DNA of 64,000 nucleotides, taken from positions 1 through 64,000 of the forward strand of contig CDRNVI010000024.1 in assembly GCA_977017575.1 (NCBI GenBank), read 5' to 3'. Shown here piece after piece: positions 21,653-32,268 of this stretch. The DNA is from Paramoeba atlantica (Eukaryota > Protista > Discosea). Position 1 is the stretch's first letter; each line of letters begins with the position of its first letter. The notes beneath the pieces were generated by a model. The model saw only the letters and a program-made list of their open reading frames with translations. It searched no databases and was not told the origin of the DNA. The position numbers and the translations under genes were made by a program.

Positions 21653-23929
21653 TTACGCTTCAATTTTTCTAGATAGACGATACTGGGGTATCTGCCTTGA
21701 CATGCTTTCTCGTGGGCCTTGGCAAGCTCGGGAAAAAGCATCCGATGGAGGGACCTCGAGTGTGGCCTCCCACTGCGATGTCTGCCCAGATTTCGATAAG
21801 GTATTAAGTAGTTTGCCGCAGACTATGTTGTTTTTTATGGCCGCCTTCAAGGAATCGCTTTGTTCGAGAAATAGTGGATCAGAATTCTGGTGAGATCGTA
21901 CGGTGCTAGTTACATCTTCCAACCGCTCTAACGCCTGAAAGAAGAGAGAGAGCGTCCGTTCAAGCAACTTTTCTTGTCCCACCTCTTGTATGTTTAGTAG
22001 TGCTATTTGATAGGAAGCGTATGAAAAATAGGACGGACGAAGGAGGTATTCAAAGGGGCCAAAACGATGCTTATATTTCATTTCAAGGGAAGAAAGTGAC
22101 TTTTTTATGGTAGGTGCAAGAATTCCACTGCGCTGCAAATAGAAGTGTAACTTCAACACTGCATTCAGAGCTATACGCTGAACGTCTACTCGGAGCGCAA
22201 CAGTTGGTGTAGGGAAACATAGCTTCCTTTCCCTAACGATCGGGGAAAAAAGTCTCATCGCTTTAGGACTCCTCGGAATGAACTCACGAATTCGGTAGAG
22301 AGTCGTAGAAAACTCACACATGTGTGCCAAAATATAATCCATGTATGAAAACACAAAATTCAGCTCTTCATTAGCGAAAAGCTGCAATTCGATTCCAAGG
22401 ATAAGATATTCCATCATCAACCTTGTAGAAAGATCAACCACTAAAGCCGACAGAACCGCAGCTTGCTGTACTGAAGCGCACTGTTCGCATGAATTGCCAT
22501 CGGACATACCCTTTCCAATGTTTTGAGAATGCTCAACGCATAGCATGCCACCTCCTAATACGGTGGTGTCAATGTCCCACGCTTTTTGTTGCAGGCCTGC
22601 TAGCTCAGGAAATAGATTGGCAAGGCGCCGTCGATACTTTGCACGATTATGAAGAGAACAGTACATGAAATGTAGAAAAAATCTTCCGATGAGGTGAACG
22701 ACTTCACTTACCTGTGCTGAAATAATTTGCTTCTCTAGGTTTATATCCAGCAATTCCTGAGGCGGAGTTCGTGCAGAATGTTTTTTAAAGTCTCGAATCC
22801 TTTGATTGCGATATTCGCAGACTGCATGAAGAGTTTTCGTCTCGCCTTGAATAACTGCCGCAATAGTAGGGCAACCATAAGTGTCGGTCAACATAGACTG
22901 AACACAACTTATCATCGGTGCAATGCTCAAAAAGATTTCTTTCTCCGGGTCGTAAGTCAGAAGCATGAGCAGTGAGCGCGCTAAAAGGCAAGGTTGACGG
23001 GAACTGAAACTCAAAACGAAAGTGAAGTACTCTGCAAGATCTTTCCGGAGGAAATTAGTATAATATAGTATGATTTCAATATCCGAAACAATCTTTTGAA
23101 GGTAGAGAAAAATGTCATTTCTTTCCAGTGGCTTTAGCACACGCAAAGGAGTTAAAGTGGCAACCCATTTGAGAGTTACGGGGTGGAACATTTTTACCGA
23201 AGCCTCTGTACGCACGTCGGTACTGCGAAGTAAGCTTAGGCAGTTGGAAATGCTTTCCAGAGTTTGTGAAATTGATGTGGAAGGACAAACTTTGCGAGGG
23301 GGCAACTCGTTGAGTAAGCGTATGAATGATGAATGCAAGCTAAAGTACGCAATCAGTTGTAGTGATGCCCCTTGTTTTTCTAACAACTTGGCAGCCTCAT
23401 CGAGCGCTTCTAGGACGTTTTCAGTCGTATCATTGTGTAAGAGATCAAATCCGAAGGTATATACAGGAAACTCATCGTCCTCACGAACGTCTGCTCGCAT
23501 TAAAGTTTCCAATGTAAGTAGAAGAAAGCGAAGAACACCACGAAGGTAAGCATGTAAAATGGGACAAACACGTCTAAAGTCATCCATTCGAAAAAGATAC
23601 GGACAGGTGTATACTGTTTGCGGTAAGGACCGACCCTCTAACCACTGCACTTCGAGCCCCAGCATATTCTGCACAAACGATTGCATATCTTGATGAGATA
23701 TACCACTCAATTCGTCGTAAGTAAGAATGTTCCCACTCAATTGAAGTAACCTCAATGTTTTCACCTTTTGGTAGGAAACATTGCTGTCCGTCCGCGGATC
23801 AAGAATTTCTACCGCAGATATCAGATCGTGCAACTGCACACCTTCTGCAGTCGCAACTGCTCCGCGGGAAAGAGAAGCAGCTTCCGCTTTAAAGTCTCCC
23901 AACAAATCGCACGAGTTATCTTCTTTCAT
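21653..23929 (-). CDS. NAA35: NatC auxiliary subunit Mak10/NAA35
   Basis: LHDLISAVEILDPRTDS; WLEGRSLPQTVYTCPYL; DVREDDEF. Confidence 0.8.
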   Translation of the reverse strand: MKEDNSCDLLGDFKAEAASLSRGAVATAEGVQLHDLISAVEILDPRTDSNVSYQKVKTLRLLQLSGNILTYDELSGISHQDMQSFVQNMLGLEVQWLEGRSLPQTVYTCPYLFRMDDFRRVCPILHAYLRGVLRFLLLTLETLMRADVREDDEFPVYTFGFDLLHNDTTENVLEALDEAAKLLEKQGASLQLIAYFSLHSSFIRLLNELPPRKVCPSTSISQTLESISNCLSLLRSTDVRTEASVKMFHPVTLKWVATLTPLRVLKPLERNDIFLYLQKIVSDIEIILYYTNFLRKDLAEYFTFVLSFSSRQPCLLARSLLMLLTYDPEKEIFLSIAPMISCVQSMLTDTYGCPTIAAVIQGETKTLHAVCEYRNQRIRDFKKHSARTPPQELLDINLEKQIISAQVSEVVHLIGRFFLHFMYCSLHNRAKYRRRLANLFPELAGLQQKAWDIDTTVLGGGMLCVEHSQNIGKGMSDGNSCEQCASVQQAAVLSALVVDLSTRLMMEYLILGIELQLFANEELNFVFSYMDYILAHMCEFSTTLYRIREFIPRSPKAMRLFSPIVRERKLCFPTPTVALRVDVQRIALNAVLKLHFYLQRSGILAPTIKKSLSSLEMKYKHRFGPFEYLLRPSYFSYASYQIALLNIQEVGQEKLLERTLSLFFQALERLEDVTSTVRSHQNSDPLFLEQSDSLKAAIKNNIVCGKLLNTLSKSGQTSQWEATLEVPPSDAFSRACQGPRESMSRQIPQYRLSRKIEA

Positions 23930-24488
23930 GGAGGCTATTGGAATGATAACGTAATGATTTAGAAAAATGTTTTATTTACTACGTTAGTGTAATACATACA
24001 TGTACCTCCCGCTGGAAAGAATCACCTGTAAGCGTCTTCTATACTAGCACAAAAGCACGCCGTACTTAAGATAAATGATCATACTCAAGATTGAAAGAAA
24101 AAAATATTCTCTGTGACACACCAAATGTTAATGAAGACATTCTTTTTTTTTTGAGAGACATTTTTGAAAGGCATTCTTGGTGCTTTCATCGTCAATAGAA
24201 TACGACGAATAATTTTCCCCACTTTTTGTCTTATGTCCCTTTTAATCGCATCATCAATCTTTTTTTCAGTATACATAGGGTTTTCAATGCTTTCAAAATA
24301 GAAGAATAAAGGGGTTAATCTAAGTAAAAATGGGACAGCAAGAATGTACTTTTTTAATGTAATTGTTTTATGTAAATATTTTCCTCTTGTCAAAAAACCG
24401 ATGCCCTGTTCACAAGAAGATAAATTATTGCAGTAAGATTAATTTTTCCACTGGCCCACCGGAAGCCTACACCCCCGCCCCTCATAAA

Positions 24489-24851
24489 TTAGATGCCATA
24501 TACGTTTAATTGTTTTGTATAACATGTACTTAACATTGATAAGATTCTGCAAAACATAATGGGACCCAACTCATTGAGAAGAGACATTAAAGTAAGAAGA
24601 ACGCTCGATGAGGTCATCAGAGGAGAAGTTGCCGGTCCGGCACGAATTGCAGTTGTAAGACCGTCTATTGCGAGAAAAGGAGTGCTTTGCAGAATTACAC
24701 GCGCTGGAGTCAGATACGTACACAGTGGACTTGTACTCGAGGAATTTAACAGAATGCATCGCAAGTGCCTAGAAGAAGTGATCGGAAAAGACGTACTAAA
24801 TCGAGTTACTCTCGGTATTGTAGAACCCACAAATGTTCTTGTGTAAAACAT
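24489..24851 (-). CDS. Hypothetical protein, possible mitochondrial presequence
   Basis: ORF on the coding strand in a gene-sized gap; R/S/T-rich N-terminus; competes with + strand ORF 24559-24846. Confidence 0.35.
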   Translation of the reverse strand: MFYTRTFVGSTIPRVTRFSTSFPITSSRHLRCILLNSSSTSPLCTYLTPARVILQSTPFLAIDGLTTAIRAGPATSPLMTSSSVLLTLMSLLNELGPIMFCRILSMLSTCYTKQLNVYGI

Positions 24852-24981
24852 AAATCAACAAAAGTATTGAAAATTATTAAATAAATGAGAGTTACTACTC
24901 TAGAAAAGCTGAACGTTTGTATATAAAACGATTGTCGCGTAGAAAATTAAACAACTGGATTGTGACCAGTAGGCTATCTTA

Positions 24982-26289
24982 GAGGGGGGGCCACGCGTCT
25001 GTGGTGATCGGCAGAATATGGCAGAAATGGGCAATAATCTGCTGTTAACGAGGACTGCAGCGGAGAAAAAAAGTCCCATGTGAAAAAAAAATCGGTGCCG
25101 CTTCGCGGCGTAAGTCCTCAGTTACTTAATCGTGACATCCAGCATGTACTTTGTGCTAAAAAAATGTTCTTTGCTAAAAATGTACGAAAATTATGTTAGA
25201 TGTGTGTTAAAAGTCTTAATTTTTTAGTATTTGCCTTGTTTTGATTGCAGTTCGAGAGCTTACTTCACCACATGATTTTTTTTTCAGGTGCACCAAGCCA
25301 CACACCATGATACGTGATGAGGTCGAGGATTGACTTTGCAAGCCCTTCCTCGCGAAGCGTCACCCGGCATACAACATAGTCGTCGTAGGTCCAAACATTG
25401 AAAAACAAAGTTGAAAAAAATGGGGGGTCCAGGGGGGGCATATGCTCTTTAAAAATCTTATGTTTCGAAATCCAGCGAAGGGAAGTATTAGAGTACGCCG
25501 CAGCGATAATTCCCCCCCCCCACTTGGGGGTGACCCCCCCCCCTGGTACGCGTAGGAGGGGCCCGACAAGTTCGAAATTCCAAAAAAAATCCAAAAGAAA
25601 AGTAAAAATATTATTTTTCCTAAATCGACTCCTAAAACATATTTTAAGAGTTTGGGCTACCATTCTACGACGGTTTTTTCGTCAGGTGCGCCTCCTACCC
25701 CTACTGGTAAGGCATCAAAAGCAGCCCAAATTTGAGTCAAAATTTCGCTTTTTTGGCCCAAAAATCGGGCATTTTCACCCAAAAAATTGTATTATTCGTG
25801 ATCTTTTTGGCAATTTTTTTTTTTAGTCGCTTCATTAAACGCGGGAGTAGTTTTCAACTCGAAGCACGCAACATGAGTGACTTCTACGTTGAAAACAACC
25901 ACCGCGTTTAATGTCCCGTTTAATGTCCAGTAGGTGTTTGGGCGGGTGGGGGTATTTGGGCGGGGTGAGGGCGGTTGCAAGGGAGCGAATGTGGAGGGTG
26001 ATTGCGGGGTTGGATGGACTGAAAATCAACGCACTCATGAACAAAAAAGCACCTTTCTCTCCCAAAAAGTATGCCCCCTCAGTAACAAGGATTTGATCCA
26101 TTTTGATCCAAAATCGATTCTATTACTGGAGGGGCATATAAGCACCAAATCAAAAAAAGCTTTCCACACAAAAAAAGCGCGCCGCTTCGCGGTGCGGGGC
26201 AGGTTCCAAAAATAAAGTACGCCTCAAAAGGACGAAACCCCTGCGATCGGCAGAATATGGCAGTGTCGCATTGGCGGTGGCCCCCCCTC
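24982..26289. mobile_element. PIF/Harbinger (Tourist-like) non-autonomous element
   Basis: Perfect 13-bp TIR GAGGGGGGGCCAC; TTA on both sides; internal direct repeat GATCGGCAGAATATGGCAG. Confidence 0.8.
25420..25915. repeat. Second copy of the ~500-bp repeat, nested in the Harbinger-like element
   Basis: Shares aaatcgactcctaaaac..ttaagagtttggg, tactggtaaggcatcaaaa and the terminal palindrome with 17990-18525. Confidence 0.75.
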
Positions 26290-26445
26290 TTAGTATCGCT
26301 GGATCATTGTTAAATAAAAAAGCTTTTCCAGAATCGCACTAATAAGTTATTTTGCTGAAACAACTTAAAACTTACATACTGAAAAAAAACCACTGTTTAG
26401 GGCTGTTTCAGAATTTTAGGCCGTAGCCCCCCATGTATCGACTTT

Positions 26446-27156
26446 CTAGAATTCTACAATTTTAGTATTTTCCCATTTCCAATCCTTTATCGACATTGGA
26501 ATTTTTAGCCAAAACCAGTCGCCCTCTAGATTCGGATTGTTATGAAGATATACTTCTTCAATTTGGTCGGGAAAGAAATCCAGTTCAACAGAACCGGTAA
26601 ATAAATTATCGTTCAGACGTAACACACGAAGAGTGGATGGAAAATTATAGAAATCTAGTGCTCCGGTCAGAGTGTTATGAGAAACGTCCAATACTTCAAA
26701 AGTTTGCGGCAAACCGCGAAGTCGAATCTCTCCGGATAGCAAGTTGTGATCTAATAGAATGTGTTTAATTGATCGAGGTGCTTCGGAAAACTGAATAGTT
26801 CCTGTCAAACAGTTATCTCGTGCGTTTAATACTTCGAGTTGTGGGGGCATAATAGCGAGCGCAATGCTTCCTCGGAGAAGATTCCTGCCAATATAGAACC
26901 CCTCGATCGTCGTTGGAGCATGCTTCCAGTTTATTTCCCCCTCAAGTCTGTGATTCTCGAGATCTACGCTAACGACATTACGCTCTTCATCACATGAAGC
27001 GAATTCCCACTCACAGGAAGAAAGACTCGTATTGTACAAAGGATCTGGGCTAGTAATATTCTGTAGCATGCGTATCAAGTCATATTCTACAGGCATAGGG
27101 ATATTTCGTGCTCTTCCTCGCTGGAGGCCTTCGTAAACCAAGTTTTGAAGAGACAT
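26446..27156 (-). CDS. Leucine-rich repeat protein
   Basis: CEWEFASC cap; LxxLxxxxNxLTG repeats. Confidence 0.88.
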   Translation of the reverse strand: MSLQNLVYEGLQRGRARNIPMPVEYDLIRMLQNITSPDPLYNTSLSSCEWEFASCDEERNVVSVDLENHRLEGEINWKHAPTTIEGFYIGRNLLRGSIALAIMPPQLEVLNARDNCLTGTIQFSEAPRSIKHILLDHNLLSGEIRLRGLPQTFEVLDVSHNTLTGALDFYNFPSTLRVLRLNDNLFTGSVELDFFPDQIEEVYLHNNPNLEGDWFWLKIPMSIKDWKWENTKIVEF

Positions 27157-27183
27157 ACTTACTGTAAACTCAAATTTACACTA

Positions 27184-28140
27184 CTCCCCCCTACACAAGT
27201 AATTATAAGTATAAATTATAATTTTTTTGAATTTATATTTATAATTATAATCACTTATGGATGTGAATCTAGTGAACCTGGAGAGGGGTAGAAATTGGAA
27301 TTTCATGTGATGTGATGGTATACATGTATGGTCATGGTCAGCCGCCCATTTGGCCTCGAAAGGCTGTGGGCCCTCAACCATCCAGATGAGGTGGCTGACA
27401 GCTCAGGTATATTCCGAGCCGTCACCGCTCCTTTCGGAGCAGTTTGCATAGCCAATCGCAGATCGCCGCGATTGACCTTCATTCAGGATGGGAGCAAGAG
27501 ACGCAGTTTCTTGACGTCTTGTGCTGACGCCGGGTAGCTCCATACTCGGAAAATGCGGTGGGGAGAGCTACGGGTGGCGCGTCGGGTGGCGAGGCGGAAG
27601 CGCGGCGGGTGGGGCGGGGGGAGCGCAGTGGTGAGCGTGGCGGGGAGAGCGGCGGGTCGCGCGGTGGCAAGCGTGGCGGGGAGCGTGGCTGGGAGAAGGG
27701 GCACATGGGGGGTGTCAACAAGGTACAGAATAAAATACCAGCCAACAGGGTGATGGTATATACAGTGTATAGCACTAAAATTGTTACGCTAAATATTTCA
27801 CTCATTTCGAATATGGAGTGAAACCAGAGAACCTTTTTCTCAACCCACCTTTTTGATGGTCTACCGCCAACCGAGATAAGTCGGCTATTGAAGAAGACCC
27901 GCTTGATGACCTTTTTCGAGATATCTTTGAGAAGGATTAAGTGAAGTAGTGACAGGACACTAAAAATAAATAGAAATGACAAAAAAGAGAAAATAAAAAA
28001 AAACGCGACAAAAAAAAATATCGATCGAATCGATCGAAGTTGTATTTATAATTACTTATGAAAGGCATAGGAATTATAAGTCACAAGGGAGTAAAAGTGC
28101 TAGTTCAAGGTGTATTTATAATTACTTATGGAGGGGGGAG
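27184..28140. mobile_element. TA-flanked MITE-like element
   Basis: TIR CTCCCCCCT..A.AAGTAATTATAA.TA.A at both ends, TA on each side. Confidence 0.75.
27505..27730 (-). repeat. Second GC-rich repeat copy with 15-nt SL remnant
   Basis: TTCTGTACCTTGTTG at 27716-27730; C-rich body; end motif shared with 11426-11466. Confidence 0.75.
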
Positions 28141-28348
28141 TAATTTGGTGTAGAACAAGAGAATTACACTATCATGGACCATTGATGGTATGAAAGAAAT
28201 CTATGAATTATCTTTCTTCGCTTCAAAATGACTTTACATTAAAATTACTTTGGTAAAAACAGTGCGTACCACGAATGAGATATCAATCGGCCGAAATGTA
28301 ATGTAAGCGTACAACTGACAAATAATGTGCGGTGCACGACGTTTGTTT

Positions 28349-29527
28349 TTAGAGCTCCGTGTGTAGTAATGGGAAATTGTTATCATCCCTCAAAACTGTA
28401 CCAGGAGCAGTTTTATTAAGCAAGTTCTTTGGAATCCATGTACTCCTTAAACCGGTGAAAGTAGAACCTTCTGGAATTAAACTATATGATACGGCTGACC
28501 AACGATGAGAAGTAACGTTAGCTCCTATGCCCATGAGAGTAGAGTGATCCACCAGTAAAATATCACCGGATTTGGGAAATATCGGTTGAATGTTTGTTTG
28601 AGAAATATCGTTGTCGTGCGGTATTATTTTTTGTTCCCCAAGCTTGTAATGTCGGTACCACAGACCGAAATCAAAGCTGACAGGCTGAGTGCGTTGCCTA
28701 TGGATATCTTCCATTGTGGGAAACTCATTTCGCATCACTTCCTGACTTCCTCGGATCAAACACGGGGCGCCATTCGTCATTGTAACGTCTTGAAGAAACA
28801 GCCACATAGTACATCCCCTTGACTCCACCTCCCCTCGTGTATTGCTAAGACCAAGATAAGGTAAAACGCAATGCAAAGGTAGTGCATTGCTAAAGGGTTC
28901 TTTTACGAATAAGTCTTCACACCAGAGACGTAGACCGACACAGCCGGTGAGTTGTGCCGCAGTGACGAAAGGAAGTACGGATGGGTTCGCAAGAAGAACA
29001 TGCCTTCGAATGGTGTCGCAAGATTGAAATAGGTTATAATGGTGAGTTCCCATGCTACGAATATACGCATGGAACTCGTCATAGTAATATCTTTTTCTCA
29101 TCTCTTCATAAAACTTTGGATTATTCATCCAATTCTTATCCTGCATAGTAGATTTCGCTTGCTCTTCGGTCATCATACGAGGACCAAATTTCTTTTGAAA
29201 GCGCTTTATCAAACGATCACGATGCTTTTCAGAGCGGCACTTAACATAATAAGTACGATTTCCTCGTGAGGGCACAGACGAAGTTGAGCCTCTGCTGAGT
29301 CCATCGTCGGTGCTGTTCATCGCACCAGGGGGCGCGACCTGAATAGTGCATAATGTCCCCTCCATTTTCTGTAGGGCACCAGGATACATTGATTGCCCTC
29401 GCTCTTTTGCCGCAGAATTGTATAGCGTATTGATACCACTTAAGTGCTCGCACGGGACAGCTTGTTTTAGGTGAAGAAACCCTTCACGTCGGTACTGGCG
29501 CACCATGGATGCTAATGCCAAAGACAT
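28349..29527 (-). CDS. PhyH-like (phytanoyl-CoA dioxygenase fold) protein, metal ligands degenerate
   Basis: YRREGFLHLKQAV; WLFLQDVTMTNGAPCLIRGSQ; GDILLVDHSTLMG. Confidence 0.7.
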   Translation of the reverse strand: MSLALASMVRQYRREGFLHLKQAVPCEHLSGINTLYNSAAKERGQSMYPGALQKMEGTLCTIQVAPPGAMNSTDDGLSRGSTSSVPSRGNRTYYVKCRSEKHRDRLIKRFQKKFGPRMMTEEQAKSTMQDKNWMNNPKFYEEMRKRYYYDEFHAYIRSMGTHHYNLFQSCDTIRRHVLLANPSVLPFVTAAQLTGCVGLRLWCEDLFVKEPFSNALPLHCVLPYLGLSNTRGEVESRGCTMWLFLQDVTMTNGAPCLIRGSQEVMRNEFPTMEDIHRQRTQPVSFDFGLWYRHYKLGEQKIIPHDNDISQTNIQPIFPKSGDILLVDHSTLMGIGANVTSHRWSAVSYSLIPEGSTFTGLRSTWIPKNLLNKTAPGTVLRDDNNFPLLHTEL

Positions 29528-29727
29528 TTCAAATTGATAAATTTAAGCACAAAAAATAAATTAGGCAAAAAATGTTCAAAATACAATTGAATGCAGTAAT
29601 GTTCAATCTTTGAAGAAATACGATGTATTGTCATGCCAAATTCATCCATTCCACGTAAAAAACTATGCGAAGTTGTACGTTAAGCTTGAGTAGATTCTTT
29701 TACAATTACAATTAGAAGTGTGGCAGA

Positions 29728-30102
29728 CTATCGTGAAGGACCCCTACCCTTTTGCATTTCTTCAGCCTGACGCATCTTTATCATTGCATCCCTAGCCATT
29801 TTTTCGTACCCTTTACTAAATTGACTGTACGCACTCTCGGCGAACGTGGCGTACAATGTGGCATATTCTTCAATACATGTCATTTCGTCTACCGTTAATG
29901 TTGTGGATTGAGTATCTGAGATTGATGAGGCCTGTCCACGATAAGGCAGCATCTCAGTGTCCCTTACACTTGATGGAAGAACACATTTCAGGAACGCTTG
30001 GGCAGTTACACCGTGTAAGTCGTTTTCGCTATGCAAATAATTATAAGAGGCAAGTAATTCACGAGTCGTTTTATAAGGATTATTCGAGCTCCCGAAAAAC
30101 AT
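29728..30102 (-). CDS. Hypothetical protein
   Basis: 124-aa ATG ORF on the coding strand in a gene-sized slot. Confidence 0.55.
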   Translation of the reverse strand: MFFGSSNNPYKTTRELLASYNYLHSENDLHGVTAQAFLKCVLPSSVRDTEMLPYRGQASSISDTQSTTLTVDEMTCIEEYATLYATFAESAYSQFSKGYEKMARDAMIKMRQAEEMQKGRGPSR

Positions 30103-30579
30103 GAGTAGTTGTTGATGAATCGCTTAGTAATAAAGTGGATTTATAAACTAAAATTGTATCCACACGAATGCAACCAAAATAGTATTACGGGAGAGGATTA
30201 GATTACTAAACTTTAATGTGAAAAGATAAATTGCGACTACCAGCAGTCGTATTTAGATCCTATAGCTTAATGAATACTAATACAACATTTTTGTTTAAGA
30301 GAAATTAGTTCTTAGCAATTAGCATTTTTCTAATGACCATAAGGAAAACTCAGTAAATTATGGAATCGAATTAGACAAGATAGGAATAAACCCTCAAAAT
30401 ATGTTTCTAAGAAACGCTTTACAGAGTCTATACCTTTCAAATAGAATAATATAACTTGCACAAGATGAATTATTTTTTTGCATCCTAATACAAGCGGCTA
30501 GAGAAATGAAAAACACCGTGCTTCTCTAGCCCACCTAGCACAAAATAAATAATATTAATGCCGATACATTGCGACCCAT

Positions 30580-31053
30580 TTACTTGCGTCCAGAGTCATC
30601 CTTGAAGCTAACCACGGCTTCTCGATTCATTGCAGTAATCACCACTACACTCACATCATCCCCGCCTTCATGAGCCTTACGAATCTTGTCCGCGAGATCT
30701 GCATCTTTGGGAAGATCCAAATCTTCCTTCATTGAGCCGTCGTCCAGCATTAGCGTAAGTTGGTCTGCTTGGATATCCATAATCTTGTACTCCGTGCGCT
30801 TCATCACAACACCCTGCATGTTGTGAGATGAGGGACATACTTCTTCGTGCTTCTTGCCCTCAAAGATATCAAGTCCGATCACATGAGCTTTTGCGTGACC
30901 ATGCTTCCCAGTCTTGCTTGTGGACATATCAACCACTTTGCATGGGAAGCCATCCAAAAGTACAACGTCACCCTTTTTAACATTTCCAGCCTGAACGGGA
31001 AAGGTCAGAGACGCTCCCGCATCGGTGGACTCAAAGGTTTCGTCGTCCGACAT
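30580..31053 (-). CDS. EIF5A: Translation factor eIF5A
   Basis: STSKTGKHGHAK hypusine motif. Confidence 0.97.
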   Translation of the reverse strand: MSDDETFESTDAGASLTFPVQAGNVKKGDVVLLDGFPCKVVDMSTSKTGKHGHAKAHVIGLDIFEGKKHEEVCPSSHNMQGVVMKRTEYKIMDIQADQLTLMLDDGSMKEDLDLPKDADLADKIRKAHEGGDDVSVVVITAMNREAVVSFKDDSGRK

Positions 31054-31347
31054 TGTCTACTATGCAAACAAAGATAGCCTTATGAAAACTATGTATTCTT
31101 GACTAAAACTCGTTGGTATCATGTTTAGTTCGTATTTGGGCGTTATATATCAATTCAAACTTTTGCATGTAGAAGAAATAAAAAAGATATCATGCCTGTC
31201 TAAGGGATTTCGAATCTGAAAGGGGAATATTTCTTCAAAAGAAATTCTATACATATGTATGATCATTCAGCCCATTCAAAGTCAGGAATCAGCTCAACAC
31301 AAAGAATTTAGTTCAGAATTCCTAAGGAACATAGGAATACGTTCACA

Positions 31348-32268
31348 CTACTCGCTTTCTTCGTCTGATTCGTCCTGATCACGTTGGTTTGTAGTCGGAG
31401 AGGCGATGTCGTCTTCCTCCATAACTTGCGGCGGTGATCGCACGACACATTCGCCACCCTTCTCTTCCATACCCTCAGTGATCAGATCGACAGCCTTCTG
31501 TACTAATGCAATGCCTTCCGCTTTATCCATCATCTGAGTCCGGACAGTATAGTGCGGTGCTGCAACAACATGAACCTTTATTGTGCTATCTTGGTCGATC
31601 TCCAACATTTCAGCCTTCGCAAATACTTCTTTGATACCTCGAATCCCTTCGGGAGTGTATAATGTTACCTCAACTTCGGCACGGATACGAAAGGCGGAGG
31701 CTTTCATACGGTGCTTGACCTCCTCCATTAGACTTCGAAATATAGGCTCTGACTCAACAGTGAGTCCAATGACCGAAATTACTTTTTCAGGACTGCTTAG
31801 TGCAACTTTAAACCCATCATATGCATGACCATAGCGACTGTACAAGGGCCATCCCACAACTTTATAAAGTTCTTCGGTGGAGTACTTCGGATTTCGCTGT
31901 ACAGTAGACTGCAAAATGCCATGGACCATTTTGGCGCGAGTGTAGCGTTCCTCACATTGCCTCATGTCAGACTCACTGACCCTTTTCTTTGATAGATCTA
32001 CATAACCGCGAGCCTTGTCGACACGAATTACGGTCATAACTTCCACTGATCCAACCTTGATGTGTTTCGAAATAGAACGGATTCGACGACGTGAGAGTTC
32101 GGTAAAAGGAACCATTCCCTCTAGGTGATCGTACTCTATGAGCCACACGTACGCTGCAGAGTCCCCGACCGACTTGACCTTTACCATGACGAGGTCATCT
32201 AAATCTGGCACCGCCTTTTCGTAAAAGCGAAAGGAGGAGAAATTAGTCTTTCGCACCGGTTCAGTCAT
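31348..32268 (-). CDS. EIF2S1: Translation initiation factor eIF2 alpha
   Basis: S1 domain, ELSRRRIRSI, KARGYVDLSKKRV, AAPHY. Confidence 0.96.
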   Translation of the reverse strand: MTEPVRKTNFSSFRFYEKAVPDLDDLVMVKVKSVGDSAAYVWLIEYDHLEGMVPFTELSRRRIRSISKHIKVGSVEVMTVIRVDKARGYVDLSKKRVSESDMRQCEERYTRAKMVHGILQSTVQRNPKYSTEELYKVVGWPLYSRYGHAYDGFKVALSSPEKVISVIGLTVESEPIFRSLMEEVKHRMKASAFRIRAEVEVTLYTPEGIRGIKEVFAKAEMLEIDQDSTIKVHVVAAPHYTVRTQMMDKAEGIALVQKAVDLITEGMEEKGGECVVRSPPQVMEEDDIASPTTNQRDQDESDEESE

